From Pecten maximus (taxonomy: Eukaryota), in assembly GCF_902652985.1 (NCBI RefSeq), contig NC_047016.1, positions 50,592,001-50,656,000 on the forward strand: 64,000 bases of DNA, written 5' to 3'. The translations under genes were made by a program, and so were the position numbers. Within the stretch, counting starts at the first letter, position 1. Each line of letters starts with the position of its first letter. The notes under the pieces were generated by a model, which was not told the origin of the DNA, ran no database searches, and saw only the letters and a list, made by a program, of their open reading frames with translations. Positions 1 through 12,525 of this stretch are shown piece by piece.

Positions 1-124
1 TAACTAACAATAAAAAAGCTGGGAAGTAACTGACAGGCACTTGTTTCCTATGCATATGCCTAGTTGTCTTTCGGCATGTTATTGTTTACAATGTAAATCA
101 AGTGCCTGTGACGTAAGCCTAACG

Positions 125-1153
125 TAAAGGGTCATCTATACAGCAGAATGATGTTGAATTTCAAACACGAATAAATACCTAAAGATTTACATAAAAAATG
201 TCATGTAATATACCAAAATGTTTGTTTGGACATGTAGCTTCCTACAATCATCAATAATTTGCTATAGATGCTACCAGTTTCTTCTATAGAGTAACTTTGT
301 GGTAAGATGTAGCATGGAATAATTCTAAGTCACGCAAATGATCAAACCTGAAAAATAGCCATGCTGTTATGTTCACAAGTGTCTATAGCACAGGGTAGGA
401 GCATTTGTTTTACCGGATTTTATTGTATGTACGTATAAACACTTATTTTGTTTTGACCTTGAAATGCAAATGGCGGCTGAGAATAACATTACACAAATAT
501 GGCTTAAAGGAGGCATTTCATTTAACAACAATATTCCTATATTGTACTTTTAAGACATCTTATCAAAGTAACATGGACATTTTAAAGTCAGTTTGTTAAA
601 CTGGTGAGTTTGCAGTCTTTTTCAGAAATAGGCATATTTTACCCCAAACTCAACGGTTGAACATTTTTCATAAAAGCAGTCTTCTTGCCACTTCAAGAAT
701 TCTTTATTTTGTCTAATAAGAGCATTTTTGATGTTTTAGATACCTCCTTTTATGCCGTATGTATGTGATATCATTCATGACCGCCATTTGCTATTCAAGG
801 TCAAAATAAAAACAGCGTTTATACATAAAATAACGTCAAAGCTGGTCAAACCAATGCTCCTATTTTGTGCTTTAGACACTCGTGAGCAAAACGACATGGC
901 AAGTTTGTGTGATATATGGGATACAAATGAATTAATTATGTCCCCATGAAACATGCATTTTTCTTACGTTTTGTTGAAATTTACAAACAGCTTAGCAAAT
1001 TACATGTCAAAAGCAAGTCCCACGGTTTGCCATGATACATGTACATACTAAAAGTTCATCATATCACTTCTGTGACATTGCACCATAATATGGATTTATA
1101 GGCCTGCAAAATATCAATGTTTTGACTGGTTTTGCCGTTTAGATGCCCCTTAA
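125..1153. mobile_element. Old, internally palindromic non-autonomous DNA transposon (Kolobok-like termini)
   Basis: Ends TAAAGGGTCATCTA / TAGATGCCCCTTAA are inverted. 449-517 is approximately the reverse complement of 742-806. A diverged homologous copy lies at ~15480-17470. Confidence 0.55.
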
Positions 1154-1398
1154 CACATTTCCATAACCAAACAGAATGCTTGTTTAAATTTACCGCGGCT
1201 GGCACAACATGGCTACTCAAGGGGAAAATCTGCTATCAGTATGCATAAAAAATACCGGGGCCGTCGATAGGGTGCTCGAATACATAAAGTAAGTGTATTT
1301 AATAGCTGTATTCGGTGATCTGATGAAGCGTACCTCTTGATTAACCCGTGGACTTCGTATTTAAAGCTATGTCCATTAGCTTTTTTAGCGCGTGCAAT

Positions 1399-1555
1399 CA
1401 CAGGCGTCTGAAGTTCTGACAGTAAACTGAGATATAATACCATAGAAAAAATAAGAGTATCATCTAATATTTTTCTTTTTTTTATAGTAGATGATACTCT
1501 TATTTTTTCTATGGTATTATATCTCAGTTTACTGTCAGAACTTCAGACGCCTGTG
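1399..1555. mobile_element. Palindromic MITE with CACAGG termini and 7-bp TSD (P/Galileo-like)
   Basis: CACAGGCGTCTGAAG...CTTCAGACGCCTGTG with ~67-bp perfect arms. TSD GTGCAAT at 1392-1398 and 1556-1562. Confidence 0.85.
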
Positions 1556-2185
1556 GTGCAATCTGTCATACCCTAGGGTGTGACAGATTGCACGTGCTCA
1601 CTTTCTTCACCGGAAGTACTACCGGAACTACTTTTTTTGTTTACATTACGTCGTCTGCTACGTCAACAAACAAATTGTGTACACAATAATACAAAAATCC
1701 CCAGTCTCTAAACAACTACAGACAACTGAACAGTTTCCAAAAAACAAAAAATGTCTGCCATTCTTTCAAATACAAATGAATCCCCCAACTGTAGGCCTAC
1801 AACTGAAACTGAGAGCACAAGTGCGCCTAGTCCGAATTTTCTGACGATGTTACCACGTAGATACGTCAGAACTTCTTACATACAGAAAATGAGCAATTTT
1901 TCCGACCTACCCTCAGGTCGGCGTTTGAACAACATTTACTCCATTTCCCCTCAATCTGACACATAAAAGGTATACATCAATTAAAAGGTAAGATAAAATT
2001 CTATTAGCTTACATACATATATTACTCACTGGTCATTGTTCACTAAATATATCCGTCCGCATACTTTGCCATCTCGTTTTCAGAGAACTTCAAAGCTACC
2101 ACCATAGCTAATCACGTGACCCAAATCTCGTCACCGAAATTTACGATATTCTGAAAGATCATACCCAATTTTGACAAACTATAAG

Positions 2186-2315
2186 CACAGGCGTCTGAAG
2201 TTCTGACAGTAAACAGAGATATAATACCATATAAAAAATAAGAATATCTACAATTTTTTATATGGTATTATATCTCAGTTTACCCAGTTTACTGTCAGAA
2301 CTTCAGACGCCTGTG
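2186..2315. mobile_element. Second copy of the CACAGGCG palindromic MITE
   Basis: Same terminal sequence as 1399-1555. No TSD; the flanks are inverted duplicates instead. Confidence 0.85.
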
Positions 2316-2941
2316 CTTATAGTTTGTCAAAATTGGGTATGATCTTTCAGAATATCGTAAATTTCGGTGAAAATGTCAAATAAAGATTTTTTTGTTAAAA
2401 TTAGGAAAATGGATGGCTGATAGACTTTTTGATAGAAATTTTATGATGATATATATATGAGAAAAAAACTCGTTATGTTTGTATGTACTCTAGGAGAGGG
2501 ACATTCCACCCATTTGATCACAAAATGTGGTAAAACCACAGGAAAAAGTCTTATTATCTATTTTAAAAAGATAATCATTTCTTAGGAATCTGTGTAGTTT
2601 ATAGATAAATATACATCGTGAAGTATTTTAAAAGTACTTCGGCAGTATTATATGCATGCGCCCTATTATATCCTATCCTGTCCGATCCTGCCCTATTCTG
2701 CCCGATTCTGTAAATTGTCTTACAGCTGTAAGTTTATTGTGTGATGCACGAGATTTGTCTCCCTTTTAACACAGTAAGACCCTTTGTTCGTTTCCATCTT
2801 GACCATAATTTAGTTATATTACCTTTTCGCAATTGTTATAACATGAATATTGTTTAAATTACAAATGATCGGATTTTATCCCGTTCCTGTCCGATCCTGT
2901 TCAATCCTGTAAATTGTCGAACCCTCTAGTATAACAACAAC

Positions 2942-3395
2942 ATGGCGGCGAAAAGACCTAGAGATGTCATCGACGAAGATGATTTACCAAGTTGTTCAGT
3001 GCCAAAACAACCCAAATGTCGTATTGATCTGTGTGCTTCTCCCGATGGTCATATTTACGACACTTTAAAGCCTAATTCTAATCGGGCTTACGAGTGTCTC
3101 TCAGCACTGACTCCGTTGGTTGATCACCTATCAAACCCAAACACGTTCATGAAACTAATTCCCTGGAAGATTATCAATACCAATGCTGATGACGGTGCTT
3201 CGTTTGCAGATGCATATTGCAGTGTTGATTTGTACCCGGATGCATATTCTATTGCTCTCATTTTTCATAAGGGTCTAGAAATCCTGCTTGACTACATCAT
3301 AGACAACAGAAAACCTGTAGACGAAATGCAAGCACACTCGTTGGACGTTTTACTTCATTTCCTCGACCAAAATTACTTTACAAAGCCATGGTCAG
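2942..3395 (+). CDS. Exon 1 of an uncharacterised ~422-aa protein with a putative PD-(D/E)xK nuclease fold
   Basis: ATG in ACAAACATGG context; open frame to a phase-1 donor TCAG|GTATA at 3395. Confidence 0.7.
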
Positions 3396-3510
3396 GTATA
3401 GTATGGTCTTGTTACTGTTCTGGGATGGGCCTTGATCCATAATACTCCGTGTTTTTGTTGACTGTATAGTAATGGCGGCTGTAACAACTGTGTTATATTA
3501 TTAGCACACG

Positions 3511-3707
3511 TAGCCCGAGTTTCCTCTGGCCCTGACACCGGTGTCAGGACCAGAGGTACTCCTATAACATAAAAGGCTGCTGGTCGGGTATTTTTCTATC
3601 GGATATAATTTTGCCGACTGTGACGGCGCCTGTCAAAAGTATCTTGCCGTGTAAAACCTCTACAACATTGTTGGAGTAGCCTCGTAGGCCAGAGGAAACT
3701 CGGTCTA
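3511..3707. mobile_element. Short MITE with TAG...CTA termini
   Basis: TAGCCCGAGTTTCCTCTGGCC versus GGCCAGAGGAAACTCGGTCTA inverted repeats; no clean TSD. Confidence 0.5.
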
Positions 3708-4867
3708 GTATATATGCACTCGATTGCATGTAACTATGGATGTTGATAACCAGATACAAATGCTTATGGATACACCTATCAGTGTAGAGCATATCATAGT
3801 TTAATTTAATGCAATCAACTGTGTAGTACAATCGACCATAGATATTTGTCGATGTAGTGGCCTTAAAAATCATCTTATCTTCTCACTCACCATATATAAT
3901 TTAATCTTGCTTGTAGACAGCTTTTCAATTGGCTTAAAATTCACGCACACTGTCCCACGTCTCATTTCAAAAATCTTCTGGATTTATTATGAAGGTATTA
4001 CGGAATTGACCTTTGTGTGCAAGGTTGGTAAAAGTTGTGCATGTACCAATGGAAATTTAAAACTGTTCTTGTCACAAGATCAAGGGTCAAATATGATATC
4101 CTTTGTTGCGTTTATCAAACTAATAAAACTTACATTTTCACTGCAGCGATGAGCAGTAAAAGTATATGGACCTAAGCAACAGGGTTTTCAATAAAAATAT
4201 TTGTAAAAGGCTACAAATGAATAGCAACAGGTATACATGTATCTGAGGATTACGATAATATGTTTTTAGACATTTTTTAAAAAGTGAATTAAGTCATTTG
4301 AACCGGCCAAAACACCATTCTAACCGGTCAATTTGGCCGGCGACCGGTTCTAAATGAAAACACTGAAGCAATGCATGACATTGATATTTCAGTGGTAACA
4401 TCTGTAGGTGGTTGGGATTCAAATTTATACAAATGATGGGGCTGGCCCCTCAGGCCCTTTTATCAAACTAATAAAACTTACATTTTCACTGCAGCGATGA
4501 GCAGTAAAAGTATAAGATTTTGCAGTGAAAATATAAGATTTTGCAAAGAAAATATAAGTTTATAGCAATGAAAATATAAGTTTTTCGTTTTTCACCAATC
4601 AGAGCGAACCATTGTATTCACTCAATGAAACTTTCAGATTTCAATATCCTCTATTTATCTTGTATAGTTACTATATACTGGCCAGTTATATTTACACAAC
4701 ACTGTTAAAGTTTTATAAGAACAAACTTGACAAACATTTGACAATATTGATATTAACGACTTCTTCTCTGGACCTAAGCTATTTCAGTGGTAACATCTGT
4801 AGTTGGTTGGGATTCAAATTAATACAAATGATGGGGCTGACCCCCCCCCCATTTTTTAAAACAATAA

Positions 4868-5668
4868 CAGGGGACGACATTAACTTTTTTCTGCACTTGT
4901 CCCTTTGGACAAGTAACATTTATATTCACTTGTCCGAATGGAATTATCACTTGTCCCACTTGAAAATTTTCAATTAAGTTAAATGATGTTTTTCAATGTC
5001 TGTGTGTCATGCAGTAAAATGATAACATTGCAATGACAACTATATTACTGATATTTATATGTGTTTTGTCCAAGTTACATAATCAAGAAGAAAAAAAATG
5101 CTACTGGCTGCCTATTTTCGATTTAGAGAAACTAAACTAGTCATATAAGAATAGAAATAAACTGACTAAAACATGAACATAAGTGTAGAAATGCAATAGT
5201 GCATAAATATCTAAAATACTATATATTTGCTAAATCTTGCAATAAATAGCAAGCCTGCATCTGTTGCCACTTTAGTCCTTCAAATGAACTTGCAATTTCT
5301 TTGTACGCTTTTATTCATATTCCTTTTTTTTTCAATATGCATGTTCAATTCAAAGAAGCCAATGGGACTGATTGAATATTTTTGAAAAACACAGAAAGTT
5401 TAGATATCATCTGCATAGTGTTCCGAATTAAACTATTTTCGTTATGAACATTTGAGTCACTTCCAATGTACACTATCCATGTTTTTGTTTCTTTTTTATC
5501 ATAAGTATAAGGTGACCCTGGTGAATGTTGATTTCAGAATATAAATAAACAACATGAAGACATTATATGTTACTTGTCCCATCGGACAAGTGTTTTGATA
5601 CTTTCACTTGTCCGACAGCAATTTAGTCTGGTACCGGACAAGCGGACAAGCCTTAATGTCGACCCCTG
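4868..5668. mobile_element. hAT-like MITE in intron 1
   Basis: CAGGGGACGACATTAA / TTAATGTCGACCCCTG termini with repeated subterminal CTTGTCC/GGACAAG motifs; TSD unclear. Confidence 0.55.
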
Positions 5669-6033
5669 AATAAAGATCAAGAGATGAACACAGTCCTGAT
5701 GTAAAAAATAAGCCCAGGGGTCTTTCCCCACCCCCAAAGGACTTAATAGATTTCTTTAAACACAATCATGTTGAGTCTTGACATCGTTTCTAGATAATAT
5801 CTTTGAAGCAGTTGAGATCTTTACCCCATAATTATACATGATTATACAATGTAGCATTGTTAGACATTAACAAATATAACATGACCATTATTTTTATGTT
5901 TGCTCAAATAAACAAGGTGAGCAATACAGGCCCTCTGGGCCTCTTGTTTTTGATTTATCTCCATAACATGAAAACTATGTTAAATTCTTGTGAAAATGTT
6001 TGTGAATCTTGCACCTCTGGTTTTGTATTGTAG

Positions 6034-6231
6034 GTAATTTAATGGAGACCTTAAACAGGAAGTCAGAAACCGATGTTACTGTATTCTTGGCGAATCATTT
6101 TTTCGGAAAACTATCTCTTACTCCAAAATTTGTCATTAACGGGCAATCAAAAGGAACACAAGATGGAATTGGCTGCTCCTGTTCCACAGATGGCTGCAAA
6201 ATGACAGGTGTCTTTGGAGATACAGGCATTG
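6034..6231 (+). CDS. Exon 2 of the putative PD-(D/E)xK protein
   Basis: Acceptor TTGTAG| and donor ATTG|GTAAGC, phases 1/1. Encodes GNLMETLNRKSETDV...CSCSTDGC...FGDTGIG. Confidence 0.75.
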
Positions 6232-7357
6232 GTAAGCAATTTCATGTAAGATTCATTTTCAGCTCACCTGGTGGTCTGAAGGCCATGGTGTCCAGGTGCC
6301 ATGAGACAGTTGTGGTCATGATAAAGGCACAGATAAATCATATAGTGAACAGAATTGCATTTTGATGAAAGATTTTTGTAAAGTGATAAAATAAAAATAA
6401 TTACTAATTTTTCCTTGGTTTTTGTTTAATTAAACTTTTTAGAAATAAAAAGAAACAGTTATGATATCATATGTATTATGACATATTGATAATTAAGATA
6501 GACTAATTAAACAAATCATTGAAATGCACATATATTTCTGAGGGCCAGTGGACAGCCTTAGGCTGACTTTGTTTGACATCTCTTAGGATGAAAATAGAAA
6601 ACAGCTCTGATGAAAAGTTGGAGGCTAGCCTCTTCAGACACAGACACCGAAAAGGAAGCTACAAAGATAAAGATCTTAAGATCTTAAAGGGGGAGGGGGT
6701 GCTGTACATGCAAATCCATACCCCTCCATATTATTATATACACACATGGAGAAAATTCTGAAATCTAGAATATCTCTGAAGCATTCTGAACAACACATTT
6801 CAGTATGATGATATTAGATGTATCTGACACTTAGCCAGTTAGGGCTTTTCCAGTAAAACATCTACCCCACCCCAGGACTCCAGGTCTGGTTAAGGGGTAC
6901 CACCTATAGAATTTATTTAGTAAATTACAAAGAGGTAATGGGAAGGAAATCCAGCCATGGATAGAAGTGATATATTGTAGAGTCCTGGGGTCGGGTAGAT
7001 ATTTTAATGGAATAATTGTTCTTAGCTGGTTTAATTCTGAAGTTGAATATTTTTAACAATTTTAAAGATCTCCATATTAAAATGTACTTAGCTTGATAAT
7101 TTAACCAATTTTAAAAATCTTCATACTAAAATGTGCATAGCTTGATAATTTTACTAATTTTAAATATCTCCATATCAAAATGTAATTAGCTTGTGAAAAG
7201 ATGAGCAATGAAGGCCCATTGGGTCTCTTGTTCCTTGCTTTGTACTTTGTACATGTACCTAGCTGAATAGTTGATAAATTGTGACGAGGATTAATCAGCT
7301 GGTTTCTATGTACAGTACAGGTAGAGTTGATGTTCTCAAATTTTACATTCATTATAG

Positions 7358-7974
7358 GAAATCCAGAAGTTTGGCATGGGAACTTTGATGTTCTACTTAA
7401 CCATACAGATACTGCCCTGAAGATATCTATTGAAGAAGATGAGAAAAATGATCATGACGACAGTCCTAGAAAAAATGTTTTTGAGGTCAAAAGACGGACA
7501 TCAAATATTTGTGAAAATGACCAGATTTTTGCGGAGACTATAGTCTTTTCATTTCTTCAGAAACAACTACATCCTTACAGGAAACACCATTTGTATCCTT
7601 GTATAGCTGTGAACAATGAAAATTTGGTTGTGTACTTTTATGACTCCCAGCATGACGTACTGCTTGTGAGCTCACCAGAGCCATTGTTTGATCAGAAAAC
7701 AGGCCACTTTCAGCTAGCTACCATATTTTTATCATGGTTGGTAGTAAATCATAAATGTTTATGTAATGGCCTTTCTTTTGACATGACAGGTAAAAAATCA
7801 GGATTCTTTGAGTGCAGGAAAATAGAAGTGTTTAGGGTAGGTCTGCATTGTGGTCCAGTAGTCTCCCCTGTCAAGTCCAGCAGAAAATACAACAAGGTGA
7901 AGGAACCTGGTAAAGAAATTGAGCATCTTAATAATAGAAGGTTACATGCTATGACATGTAAAAACAATGAGTAA
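7358..7974 (+). CDS. Exon 3 of the putative PD-(D/E)xK protein
   Basis: Acceptor ATTATAG| in phase 1. Encodes WHGNFDV...FEVK...DQIFAETIVFSF...YFYDSQHDVLL; stop TAA at 7972-7974. The three exons total 1269 nt, in frame. Confidence 0.75.
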
Positions 7975-8797
7975 AGTGGACACTTCAAAGCAAAGTCACA
8001 GTTTCACCAAATGCAGATTTCATAATTTTACTCAGAGGTTGTAGATTTGAGTCCTAATGACATTAGTGTGCTTGTAATTCATACCGTAGTGACTGATCTG
8101 GCAATATGCTGGTATTGGGTTGCTGTGATCATCATCAAAGCACTCAAAATTGCCGATGTCTTTTTCAGACTTACAAGGTGTTTCTAATATAAATACAATA
8201 ACAAATCTCATTGAATAATTCATAAGTGTTAACAGATAAATTGTTATATTTGTATACTGTGCAGCATGCTTCAATGAAAAATAAAAATTATTGATGACAA
8301 TGATAGGAACCTTATTCTTTTACAGACCTCAAGAGACATGTGTAACAGTTAACTTACCTTGTACCTTTTATTATTTACTGGACTAAACTTTCTAGTTGGC
8401 GTGGATATGGTAAGGATGTAAAAACGTTGTGAGGAATATTTCCATGTGAATGCCGAAAAATGTTGAAAATTTGATGACCAGCCCTCATTCAACAGTGAGT
8501 GATAACTCATTAGCTCACCTCTGAAGGGCAGGTGAGTTTATGCCCTGGTGCTGCGTCAGTTGTCCACTCAGTGTCAACTTTTAAACAACTTCTTCTTGAT
8601 AAGTTGATAACAAAGTTGGCCTTAACTAACTCAAATTATTGATGGCCTTAAAACAATACAAAAAATGCAATAGCAAAGAGGCCCGGAGATCTGACATTTG
8701 GCATATAACATACTCGGGTGACTGGCTATCAAGTGTGTTGAAATGAATGACCTTGATCCACTTTCAAAGTCAAAAGGGTCAAATATGGTAAGAACAT

Positions 8798-9257
8798 TAT
8801 AGGGAACAACCAACCAATTGAAAAAATATATTTTTGAAACGGTCCCTGTGTATAGAACGTTGAGCCAAGGATAACATGTCTGGCAGCCACTGATTGGCCA
8901 GTATGTTATGAAGTGAGAAAATAGATATGTAGCCTGATAGGTAACTATCAATAAGAAATGTTGATATAAATTTCTTAAGTCCGATTGGTTTTTTTCCCAA
9001 AAGTTCACGTAATAATAGTAAACAGGTAAACATTTAAGATTTTTGAGAATTTTTACTGCGAAATTCACCTATTTTCAAAATGGCTACCCTGGAGAAAATT
9101 TGAGCTGAAGGACCCAACTTTTTTTTTTGATTAGGTGTTATATCAGACCCTAAACTTTTGTTATAAACCATAATCGTCATATTCAATTCAAGAATTTGAA
9201 TGAAATAATCCAAAACGTTAACACTAAGGTCTATGGGAAAACAATTGGTTGGTTGGT
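8798..9257 (+). repeat. 460-bp direct repeat, copy A
   Basis: Near-identical to 10142-10601 (one visible substitution). Internal ends are inverted: CCAACCAATTG / CAATTGGTTGG. Confidence 0.9.
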
Positions 9258-9544
9258 CTCTACATATAGCTACCGCATATGACATTTTGTGCCATCTAGC
9301 GTCCCTGGAAACCAGATGATGGGACCGACTAGCACATTTTCGGACGGGATTCTCATCTTGGAGGCATTGTAGCAGAATTTAGAGAGAAATTGAGATTCAG
9401 TGGGGATTGATGATGAAAATATGACACATGTAGTGTTACAAGGAGGACCATAGACCGGACAGATACGGACATACATTATATATTTCAATTGTAGCGGTAT
9501 ATATCGTGGCTCGGGGTACGGTGGTATGCTGGTTGTACTGCTGG

Positions 9545-9720
9545 CACTAACCCGGTTCAATGTGTGGGTGTGTGTCTGGTTGTTCTGTTGTCACTACCCC
9601 GATTCGGTATTCGGTGATATGTTTGGTTGTTCTGTTGTCACTACCCCAGTTCAGTGTCTGGTGATATATCTGGTTATTTTTTGTTGTCACTTGCCCGGTT
9701 CCGTGTTCTGTGTCTGTGTT
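9545..9720. repeat. Degenerate ~47-bp tandem repeat
   Basis: Recurrent GGTTGTTCTGTTGTCACTACCCC units, about 4 copies. Confidence 0.65.
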
Positions 9721-10141
9721 TCGACTGTTTTATCTAAATAATGGCTCCACTCCTAATTTTTTTTCTCGTTCAACCTTTTTTTCTTCATTTTTTACAAAAA
9801 GACCAGAAATTAGGGGGTGGAGGAGATAACATTGAGTTATCTCCCCCTGATCTTTATTCTATATCTTATTTGTTTATATTTCTGAGTAGCACGATTTCTA
9901 TACTTGGCTATTAACCAAAAGCCATCACTTTAAATTCAAAGCTTATCAAGATATTAAAATTTACATTTCAAAATTAACTCAATTTTAATGTGGTTTTCTC
10001 TTAAGAATTTCATATCCGGTACCAATAGAAGAATCAACCTACCAGCCTAAGACTTGCAGTCAGGCACTGCATATTTTGATAGCATATCCTATGGTTCTAT
10101 CCTGTTCCAGAAAAGTTATCTTTGAAAAATGTGAAAGATGC

Positions 10142-10601
10142 TATAGGGAACAACCAACCAATTGAAAAAATATATTTTTGAAACGGTCCCTGTGTATAGA
10201 ACGTTGAGCCAAGGATAACATGTCTGGCAGCCACTGATTGGCCAGTATGTTATGAAGTGAGAAAATAGATATGTAGCCTGATAGGTAACTATCGATAAGA
10301 AATGTTGATATAAATTTCTTAAGTCCGATTGGTTTTTTTCCCAAAAGTTCACGTAATAATAGTAAACAGGTAAACATTTAAGATTTTTGAGAATTTTTAC
10401 TGCGAAATTCACCTATTTTCAAAATGGCTACCCTGGAGAAAATTTGAGCTGAAGGACCCAACTTTTTTTTTTGATTAGGTGTTATATCAGACCCTAAACT
10501 TTTGTTATAAACCATAATCGTCATATTCAATTCAAGAATTTGAATGAAATAATCCAAAACGTTAACACTAAGGTCTATGGGAAAACAATTGGTTGGTTGG
10601 T
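10142..10601 (+). repeat. 460-bp direct repeat, copy B
   Basis: Matches 8798-9257; duplicate ORFs appear in the ORF track. Confidence 0.9.
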
Positions 10602-10932
10602 TTCTTATACAGCTCTTTGTAAATAACTATGAGACAGAGATACCTAATATAAGGTATATCGCATGTTGGGATGAAGGGCTAAAAGTTTGTTAAAATGAAT
10701 GACCTTGACCGATTTTCATGATCACAGGGATTAAATAGGCTTAAATATTTAAACAACATCTTCTTAATAACCAAAAGGGCCATATCTGATATTAGGCCTG
10801 TAGCATGCTGGTTGAACGGCTTCCAAATTTGTTCAAATGAATGATCTTGACGTACGCTCAAAGGCTTAATACAGGGGTTAAATGCTCAAATATATTAACA
10901 ACATCTTGATAACCAGGAGGCCACGAGACCTG

Positions 10933-11188
10933 GGCTGGTATTCACGAAACCATTCTCATGCTCAAGGATCATAACTGCTAAGCAACTTTAAAATTCGCTT
11001 TAATCAGTAATTATTAGTGTAAAAGAAATACCTAAATATCGAAAATAATTTCTTAACTGCAGTCTCTCCGAAATTCCTTCAAATCATTGAAAAAATATCA
11101 ATTCGGATATCAGATCAAATTTATTACCAAAAGTATTTGAGCCTGAACATAAAATGTGAATTTGAGCAGGGTTATATGAATACTAGCC
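10933..11188. mobile_element. PIF/Harbinger-like MITE
   Basis: TIR GGCTGGTATTCA / TGAATACTAGCC with 3-bp TSD CTG. Removing it restores the host repeat GAGACCTGATATTTGGCC. Confidence 0.65.
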
Positions 11189-11622
11189 CTGATATTTGGC
11201 CTGTGACATGCTGGGGTGAACAGCTAGCGTTTGTTTAAATGGATGACCTTGGCCTATTTGCAAGGACACAGGGGTCAAGTATGTTATCTGGAATGATCGG
11301 CTACCTAATTAATTTAAATGAATAAACCTAGCCTACTTTTATCTTTGAATTAGGTGGCCATCCGCTAAGTATCTGTATACATGACCTAACGGGTTCCCAT
11401 GCCATTTGCCCACCATACATCTTGCTGCCATATCGACTATAACAACATTAAAACCGCTGTTCATTGCTTAAGTACGATTCTATACGTTTTATTTTATCAT
11501 GATCATGACACAGATACTGTATGTCAAAATGTATAATTTACGCCTGTATCAATACAAATTAAACTTAATATGAACGTGTCATTATTGACGATTATAAATG
11601 ATCACTGATGAAAATACGACTC

Positions 11623-11629
11623 GGGGGGT

Positions 11630-11666
<37 letters not shown>
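11623..11666 (+). repeat. Poly-G tract
   Basis: ~43 G with a single T interruption. Confidence 0.9.
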
Positions 11667-11668
<2 letters not shown>

Positions 11669-11789
11669 ACAAGGGTTAACTTAACAAACACAAACATCCT
11701 TTGATATAGGTAAACCAATCAGTAAGTTGTAATATAAATCTGCCATCCTCCAATTCTAATTCGACGTTTATTGACTGGGTGGCTATGCA

Positions 11790-12525
11790 CGACATAATAT
11801 ATTAATTTGAAAATAGACAATAATGAATTAAATTGATAATAGACAACAATGTTTAATATAAACATAGACAATAATATATTAATTTGATAATAGACAACAA
11901 TATTTAATATGAACAAAGACAATAATATATTAATTTGATAATAGACAATAATACATTTATTTGATAATAGACAATTACATATATAAATAATATGACGGAC
12001 AATAATATAATAATAATAATTAATATAATGTATTAATTTGAAAATAGACAAAAATATATTTATTTGATTGACAATGATGTATTAATTTGATAATAGACAA
12101 TGTATTGATTTGATTGACAATAATATATTAATTTGATAATAGACAGTAATATATTGATTTGATAATAGACAATAATATATTAATTCTAGAGACAATAATG
12201 TATTAATTTGGAAATAGACAATAATATAGTAATTTGATTGACAATGATGTATTAATTTGATTGATAATAATATATTAATTTGAAAATAGACAATAATATA
12301 TTAATTTGATAATAGACAATGTATTGATTTGATTGACAATAATATATTAATTTGATAATAGACAGTAATATATTGATTTGATAATAGACAATAATATATT
12401 AATTCTAGAGACAATAATGTATTAATTTGGAAATAGACAATAATATAGTAATTTGAAATTAGACAATAATACACATTTATATCAATTTGAAAATAGACAA
12501 TTATATATTTATTTGATAATACGGA
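11790..12525. repeat. AT-rich minisatellite (~22-26-bp unit AATAGACAATAATATATTAATTTGAT)
   Basis: More than 25 degenerate copies, with an internal higher-order duplication. Confidence 0.9.

Noticed and set aside
8631-10412. Duplicated short ORFs
   Set aside because: They lie in the non-coding direct repeats and have no motifs.
11623-11666. Functional G-quadruplex element
   Set aside because: Simple homopolymer of unreliable length; no supporting context.
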